Both the position numbers and the translations under genes were made by a program. The notes below the pieces were generated by a model. That model had not been told where the DNA came from. It searched no databases and worked only from the letters and a program-made list of their open reading frames with translations. Positions 56,456 to 64,000 of a stretch of 64,000 nucleotides of DNA are shown one piece after another (position 1 is the stretch's first letter; every line of letters begins with the position of its first letter). This stretch comes from the human T2T-CHM13v2.0 reference genome, Homo sapiens: the NCBI RefSeq assembly GCF_009914755.1, contig NC_060946.1; one strand, 5' to 3'.

Positions 56456-58389
56456 CTACAAAAAACTTTTAAAGGGAGCCAGGTGTACCGCACGTACCTA
56501 TAATCCCAGCTACACAGGAGGCTGAGGTGGGAGGACTCCTTGAGGCCAGGAATTCAAGGCTGCAGTGAGCTGTGATCACACCACTGCACTCCAGCCTGGG
56601 CAACAGAGCAAGACCCCGTTTCTTAAAAAAAGTTTTAATTGCATGAATGAATGAATGGGCCCTGTACCTAGCTCCCAGTAAGTGTTCAATAGATGCCAGC
56701 TATTGTTATTTCTCCCATTAAATCTTCTATTTTTTCTGTGCTTGCAACTTCCCTCTGGCTTTTTTGGTTTTGGCTGCTGCTCCCACCCTCGGTCAGCTGT
56801 CAAATCTCACCTTATGTTGCAAATACAAGCGTTTTGCCTACCCTCTGCCATTGCCGCCACCCTGGTGGGGGTCCCCTTAGCTCTCATCTGATGATGACAG
56901 CCCCACTCCCTGCCGTCCAGTCTACTCGGCCACCTTCACAGCACAGACCTCAGAGCAGGGCAGGGTTGGGAGAAGTGACGTGCTAAGGAGTGGGCACGTT
57001 CTTAGAAGCTGTGCTCTGGGGGTTTCACGGCCTCCCTGGAGTCTGTCCATGGAACATGCAGTAAGGCTGCCACATCACTTCTCTTCAAAACCTCTCAAGT
57101 GCTCATCTCTGCTTAAATGACAAGTCATGACCCAGCCTGAAAGTACGTCTGACTTAACTTCCACGCTTCCTAGGCAAACTCAACTACTCACTGTAGCTTT
57201 TTTTTTTCTTTTTTTTTTCAAGACATAGTCTCACTCTGTTCCCCAAGCTGGAGTGCAGTGGTACAATCTCAGCTCACTGCAACCTCCGCTTCCCGGGTTC
57301 AAACAATTCTCTACCTCAGCCTCCCAAGTAGCTGGGATTACAGGCACCCGCCACCCCGCCTGGCTAATTTTTATATATTTTTTTTAGTAGAGACGGGGTT
57401 TCACCATCTTGGCTAGGGTGGTCTTGAACTCCTGACCTCATGATCCACCTGCCTTGGCCTCCCAAAGTGCTGGGATTACAGGCGTGAACCACTGCACCCA
57501 GCCTCACTGTAGCATTTATAGCCGCTGGGCTTTTGCTTAAAAGATGGCCATTCCCTCTTCCCAGTTTCCAAGGAACCAAACATACCCAACCCCCAAGGCC
57601 CAGCTCAATTGGAGCTGCAGCCCCAAAGTTTTCCTGATTCCCTGCAGAGCAGAGCACCCAGCTCCTCCAGCACCTCATCACTCCCCCAGCACAGAATCTG
57701 TGCCTCGCTCGTTCCCGAAGCTTATCCACCTTGCTTCAGTTACGGACACGTCCTCTCTCCCTCTGGCCACCAGCCGAGTAGCAACAGGAATCTTTCCTGA
57801 TCCGTCTGTGTCCAGCCGAGTGAACGGACTCACCAAAGAAACCCCGGCAGCCAGAGCCTCTACCTTGCCCCTCTTTCCAGGCTCGCCAGGGACTAGATTC
57901 ACAGTCCCTGTCACCTGCAGGCTAAGTGAACTGCCATGATCACTTTTGCAGGTGCCACTTGAGTCAACCCCGGTTTCTCAGTCTAGAGGCAAAGGCCGGC
58001 ATGAAGAGCGAGAGAAAAACACCAGGGCAGACTGGGGCTACAGTCACCCCCACAGCAGTGCTGACAGCAGAGCTGTGCCTGTCCACTCCTGCCCTTCCTG
58101 GACCTTCCCAAAGGGATCTGGGGTTTCTCCTCAGTTCAGGGCGAGCCAGAAGATATGCTGGCTGGATTAGAAGGCAGAGACATTCTCAGACACCTCCCCC
58201 CACCCCCACCCCCACCCCGGTCTAGTGGGGAACTCCAGCCACGTCCTCAAGCACCTGATCTAAGACAGGTGGGAGGCAGAAGGCTGGGTCAGCTGTTGGT
58301 CTCCCCCACAGCCACCAGAGGGCAGTGCAACCCTTGAGCTTGGAAGGCCTGGACCAGGGTCCGGGGATCCCTGCAGGCTTTCAGGGCAG

Positions 58390-59155
58390 GGATTCTACCT
58401 GCGTCAGAATCCTCTGGGCAGTCTCCCGCCCTAAAACAGCCTGATGCAGGCAGCTGGAGTAGGGCCCAAGGCCTGCATTTGGAAAAGGTTTCTCGTGTAA
58501 TTCCAATGTGCACACTACTGAAAGCCAGCGTCGCAGGGCTGGATCTGGAAGTGGGTGAGCCTCCACTCGCCCCCAGCCTCCACTCGGGACAGCCCCTGTC
58601 CATAGAAGCAGCCCCTTGGCAAAGGGGAGTGGAGCCGGAGGCTGGAGGAGAGTGCAGGGATCAGCAACAGGAAAGGTGAACAGTCTGGAAACCATGGTGA
58701 CCTGGAGTCAGTGCCCTACAGTGGGAGGGCGGCTGAGGCCCACCTCAAGAAGGGGCCTGGCCCCATGTCCCAGTGGTAACATGGCCACAAGCTGTGTGAT
58801 CTGGAGCTAGTCATTTACCCTTTGCTGGACCTGGGTTTCCTCACCTGGAAATGAGGTTCCAAATACTTCTGTGTTCTTGTATAGGTAATCACGGAGCATA
58901 ATGTATGAAAGGAAATATGTCAGGTATAGACAGTGCAAAAGTCACTGTGAAACCAGTGGGCCTCAATCAATGGGACAGTCAGCCAGGCCTGCTTGGGGAG
59001 GCAGGGGCCGCACCGGTAGTGCCACCTGGGGGCTTTGCCCAGACCCAGCAATGCCCAGACCAACCAATCAGAATCTCTGGAGGTGAGATGCAGGCACCAG
59101 CATTTAAAGCTCCAGGTCCTTGAAATGATACAAGGCCAAGTGTGAGAACCCCTTG
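58390..59155. mobile_element. Two MER5-like hAT remnants (about 58390-58530 and 58953-59155) flanking a MIR fragment
   Basis: aatcagaatctctggagg...gccaagtgtgagaacc and gggcccaaggcctgcattt motifs; ctgggtttcctcacctggaaatgagg (MIR core). Confidence 0.55.
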
Positions 59156-59520
59156 GGTTATATAATCCAGACAAGTGGTCTGCAATCTTTGTATCAGAAT
59201 CACATTTGGAAAATTGGATAAAAACACCATTCTATGTTGGTCCAGACAAGGGACTCAAGACCAGTACATGAGATTCTGTCTCAACAGAAAGGAAGAACTT
59301 TCTAACAGAGTCACCCAAAAATGGTAGGCAGTGAGTTCAGCAGCACTGGAGGGAATCAAGTAGAGACCAGTCAAGTGATTAAGTGATACCAGCGTACGTG
59401 GCAGCTGAAACTGCAGAGGCAGAGTGATCCCGGGGGTCCCTTCCAGCCCTGAGGCTCCCTGAATGTTACTGGTGACAGAGAAGCCCAGCTTTGGGGAAGG
59501 AGGTGGGGCCGGCCGCCTAC

Positions 59521-59731
59521 CTGCCTCTATTCTTCCCAAGCGGGAGTGGCTGCTGCGGTTGCCATCAGTCTGCAGCTCATCGTAGCCCTCCCACTGGGGA
59601 GCCAGCACTGGCAGCTCGTGGCCCAGTGCGTCCAGCTCTCTGCGGAAGCTGTTGTCAGAACAGCTTTGGAGGAAGCCAAACACCAGTAGGTTTGTGATGC
59701 ACTCATCCCTGAGGCTGGAACCGTTGTTGAC
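59521..59731 (-). CDS. BID: BID coding exon 3, 211 nt; contains the caspase-8 site LQTD/G (59564-59575)
   Basis: Minus-strand acceptor tcccctcag| and donor |gtaggc. Encodes [70 protein letters not shown]. Confidence 0.98.
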
Positions 59732-61261
59732 CTGAGGGGAAAGGGGAGTCAGGAAGCCGGGACTTCAGCCAGGCCAGAGGCCCCTCCTGCAAAGAGCTCC
59801 AGTTGCAGCTGGCCCAAAGAGCCTCACAGGTCCCAGAGAGCTGAGGGACCCTGTGGGCTGGAGGGCCCTGCAGGAGGTCTCAACAGGCAGAGGCAAGGTC
59901 TGCAGCCACAGCTTTAAGCAGCACTGCCCGTAGATGGCAGGGAGCGAGCCCCGACTCTGCAGAAAGGGATTCCTCTGCAGAGGAATCTGCTGGACCTCCT
60001 GAAACACGCGGCTGGGGAGCTTCCCACTAGGTGAGAAGGCCACAGGCTGTTCCGGGGAGGCGAGCGAGTGTCATGCGGGCATCATCCGCCATCCTGTGCT
60101 GGCACGCTTTCTTCAAGTTCCCCTGCAGGCTTCAGCAATCTGAGCCCACCTTTCCTGGCTGTGCTTCCAACAGGCGGAGCCTCTTTCCGCTCATCTCCTT
60201 CACGGGCTCAGGAGGGTATTGGGCAGATGGAAGATTTTCAGTAACTACTGCGGAGTGGTGACCACAGCTGGGCACCTGCCTTTGGCCAAGCTTGGTTTAC
60301 TTTGGGTGGGTGTGTCCTTAATCCGAATCCCACAGGGAGTGGTGGCACTGGCTCCTGCTCTACCCAGAGGGGCTGGGCTCTTGGCCGGCAGCTCTCCAGC
60401 TCCCTGGGCAGCACTGGCAGCTGCAGCTTGGCCAGCATCTGTGCCGCCAGAGATGGCAGGGACTGTTCTTGGGGTACTGACTGTGTTTGGGGGCTGTATT
60501 CTTACAGGCAAAGGTGAGCCCTGCAGCTGGGTGTGCCCAGACCAGAGAAAGACCTAAGGTGGAAGAGAGAACAAAACACAAAGAAGGGCAGGGACGCTGA
60601 GATCTGCGCAGATTCACACAAAAAGACCTCCTGGGCTGCCAGAGAAGGGTGGGAGGGAAGATGGAAGTGTAGGCAGAAATTTATTTCTATTCTCTAAGTC
60701 CATAATATTTTTCATTAGAAAAACCAAAAACTTTTAGAGGACAGTTCTTACAGGGCAAATTGTTTTTTTGTTTTTGTTTTTGTTTTGAGATGGAGTCTCG
60801 CTCTGTCACCCAGGCTGGAGTGCAGTGGTGTGATCTCGGCTCACTACAACCTCCGCTTCCTGGGTTCAAATGATTCTCCCGCCTCAGCTTCCTGAGTAGC
60901 TGGGATTACAGGTGTGCATCACCACGCCCGGCTAATTTTTGTATTTTTAGTAGAGACGAGGTTTCACCATGTTGGTCAGGCTGGTCTCGAACTCCTGACC
61001 TCGTGATCCGCCCGCCCCCCAACTCCCCCCAACTCCTTGGCCTCTCAAAGTGCTGGGATTACAGGTGTGACCTACTGCACCCAGCAGCAAATTGTTTTAA
61101 TGCTTTGCTAGGTGATGCCTGTAATCCCGGCACTCTGGGAGGCAGAGGCAGGAGGATCGTTTGAGCCCAGGAATTTGAGACCAGCCTGGCAACAAGATCC
61201 CCATCTCTACAAAAAATAAAAATTAGCCAAGGTGGCATGCACCTGCAGTCCCAGCTACTCA

Positions 61262-61387
<126 letters not shown>

Positions 61388-61422
61388 TTAAAATAAGGAG
61401 CTTGGCCGGGCGCGGTGGCTCA

Positions 61423-62075
<653 letters not shown>

Positions 62076-62266
62076 GGTGCTTGTGTATTGCTATTCAGCC
62101 TTTACTTCTCCAAAGTTGTTTCTGAAGAGAGGAAAAACCGTATGCAAAATTCCACTGCATCAATTCCTAACAATTCTTGTACGGAGCAGCCGCATGGCAC
62201 AAGACAGCTTACAAACAGGATGTGCTTCATTCCTGCCTCAAGCGACAGTCCTGGTGACACAGTTAG

Positions 62267-62651
62267 TGCTGGGCTAAGCTGTGTCACCCAAAAAGAAAAG
62301 CGCAAGTCCTAACCCCAAGTACCTGTCAATGTGACCTTATTTGAAAATAAGGTTTTTACAGATGTAATCAAGTTAAGATGAGGTCATATTGGATTAGGGT
62401 GGGCCCTAAATCCAATGACTGGTGTCTTTGTAAGAGAAAGGAGAGGGAGATTTAAGCAGAGACACACAGAGAGGACGCCATGTGAAGACAGAGGCAGCCA
62501 CAGGAGCCAGGAGAGCGCCCCAGAAGGAAGCAGCCGGGCAACATGGGATTCCAGCCTTTGGGCCTCTAGAACCGGGAGGGGATCCGCATCTGTTGTTTAA
62601 AGCCACTCTCCTGCTTGGAACCGCCTACAGCAGCCCCAAGAAGCTAACGCA
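62267..62651 (+). mobile_element. MLT1-type (MaLR) solo LTR
   Basis: aatgtgaccttatttgaaaataagg...gatgtaatcaagttaagatgaggtcata.tggattagggtgggccctaaatccaatgactggtgtc is characteristic of MLT1B/C. Confidence 0.85.
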
Positions 62652-62835
62652 GGCAGCCGCTGCCCAAGGACTTCTTTTTGACCTGCGCTTGGTAAATTGG
62701 CATCCAGAATCTGGACACAGAGCGGCGCTGCCACCACAGCAGGTCAGGTTATCAAACTCAAGATCCCACAGAAAATAAAGACTCGAGGCGGCAGGGAGGG
62801 AGAGGAAAGAATGGCACCTGCCAGAGGAGGTCTAG

Positions 62836-63459
<624 letters not shown>

Positions 63460-63685
63460 TAATGGAGGCAAAAATAATAAGATCAGTTCCAGTGGAAAGG
63501 AAAAGATGGTGCTGGCCGGGCGCGGTGGCTCACGCCTGTAATCCCAGCACTTTGGGAAGCCGAGGCGGGCGGATCATGAGGTCAAGAGGTCGAGAACATC
63601 CTGGGCAACATGGTGAAACCCCATCTCTACTAAAAATACAAAAATTAGCCAGGTGCGGTGGCTCACGCCTGCAATCCCAGCACTA

Positions 63686-63961
<276 letters not shown>

Positions 63962-64000
63962 TCACGCCTGTAATCCCAGCACTTTGGGAGGCCCAGACGG

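Overview
Human (primate) genomic DNA, very Alu-rich, matching the BCL2L13-BID locus (22q11.21 from recall). On the + strand are the last four coding exons of BCL2L13/Bcl-rambo (4728-4884, 11879-11948, 17981-18124, 42411-43268) and a long 3' UTR. On the - strand, convergent, are the last four coding exons of BID (59521-59731, 55078-55217, 53749-53961, 51315-51326). All splice junctions are GT-AG and keep the reading frame. Both start codons lie outside the window. Nearly all other ORFs in the track are Alu-derived or antisense shadows. Most notable: (1) a 5'-truncated TOMM20-like retrocopy with target-site duplications sits inside an Alu in BCL2L13 intron 6, in sense orientation with its poly(A) signal; (2) both genes carry a transposon-derived, stop-introducing cassette exon, a 98-nt Alu exon in BCL2L13 and a 95-nt L2-associated exon in BID, which match the Bcl-rambo-beta and BidS isoforms as I recall them; (3) there are local templated duplications, a 33-bp tandem repeat in the 3' UTR, and an ancient CR1/L3 reverse transcriptase fossil. 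I cannot show a wholly new biological system from sequence alone. The retrocopy/intronic-polyadenylation idea is the most novel testable hypothesis. Exon numbers follow the canonical transcripts as recalled; repeat boundaries and subfamilies were read by eye and are approximate.
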